Positions 63,810 to 64,000 of a DNA stretch of 64,000 nucleotides are shown here, piece by piece (position 1 is the first letter of the stretch; each line of letters opens with the position of its first letter). Source of the DNA: Eledone cirrhosa. Its lineage: Eukaryota. The notes under the pieces are model-generated. The model ran no database searches. It was not told the origin of the DNA and saw only the letters and a list, made by a program, of their open reading frames with translations. Position numbers and translations under genes: made by a program. The stretch is from NCBI GenBank assembly GCA_964016885.1, contig OZ024741.1:234360001-234424000 (forward strand), given 5' to 3'.

Positions 63810-64000
63810 ATTAACAGCATTCAGTAATCAGAAGAAAGGAGGTAGGTATAAAAGCCGAACTCACTATCTTCAATTCAGTATTTGTGCCAGCCCTTACCTA
63901 TGGTCATGAATCTTGGGTAATGACCGAAAGAATATGATCACGAATACAAGCAACCAAAATGAGGTTCCTCTGAAGGGTCTTTGGAGTAACATTACACTTT
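63810..64000 (+). pseudogene. RTE (Rex3/Expander-like) ORF fragment running off the window
   Basis: SVFVPALTYGHESWVMTERI*SRIQATKMRFL*RV.G. Confidence 0.8.

Overview
Eukaryotic, very AT-rich, microsatellite- and transposon-dense DNA with one 200-N gap. The repeat content (Nin-domain, CORE-like and Meta-like tRNA SINEs; RTE, Tx1, R4/Dong, HERO and CR1 LINE remnants) and the clustered long C2H2 genes suggest an octopod cephalopod; this is inference. Only three credible long ORFs exist. Two are convergent, paralogous, single-coding-exon C2H2 zinc-finger genes (27987-30704 +, 22 fingers; 50170-52548 -, 16 fingers). The third is an uninterrupted piggyBac transposase (55346-57115 -) nested in a decayed HERO-type retrotransposon. 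Best leads: (1) an unrecognised 30-aa C-terminal motif plus an N-terminal motif shared by both ZF proteins; (2) a 3-4-finger periodic array with shortened linkers; (3) a one-ended piggyBac cassette (splice acceptor-ORF-polyA signal) co-oriented just upstream of the second ZF gene; (4) a hammerhead-like motif with scrambled strand order in two HERO 3' UTRs; (5) a dispersed short element family carrying minimal hammerheads. Repeat boundaries were read by eye and are approximate unless a TSD or TIR is cited. Family names come from motif recognition, not database searches.
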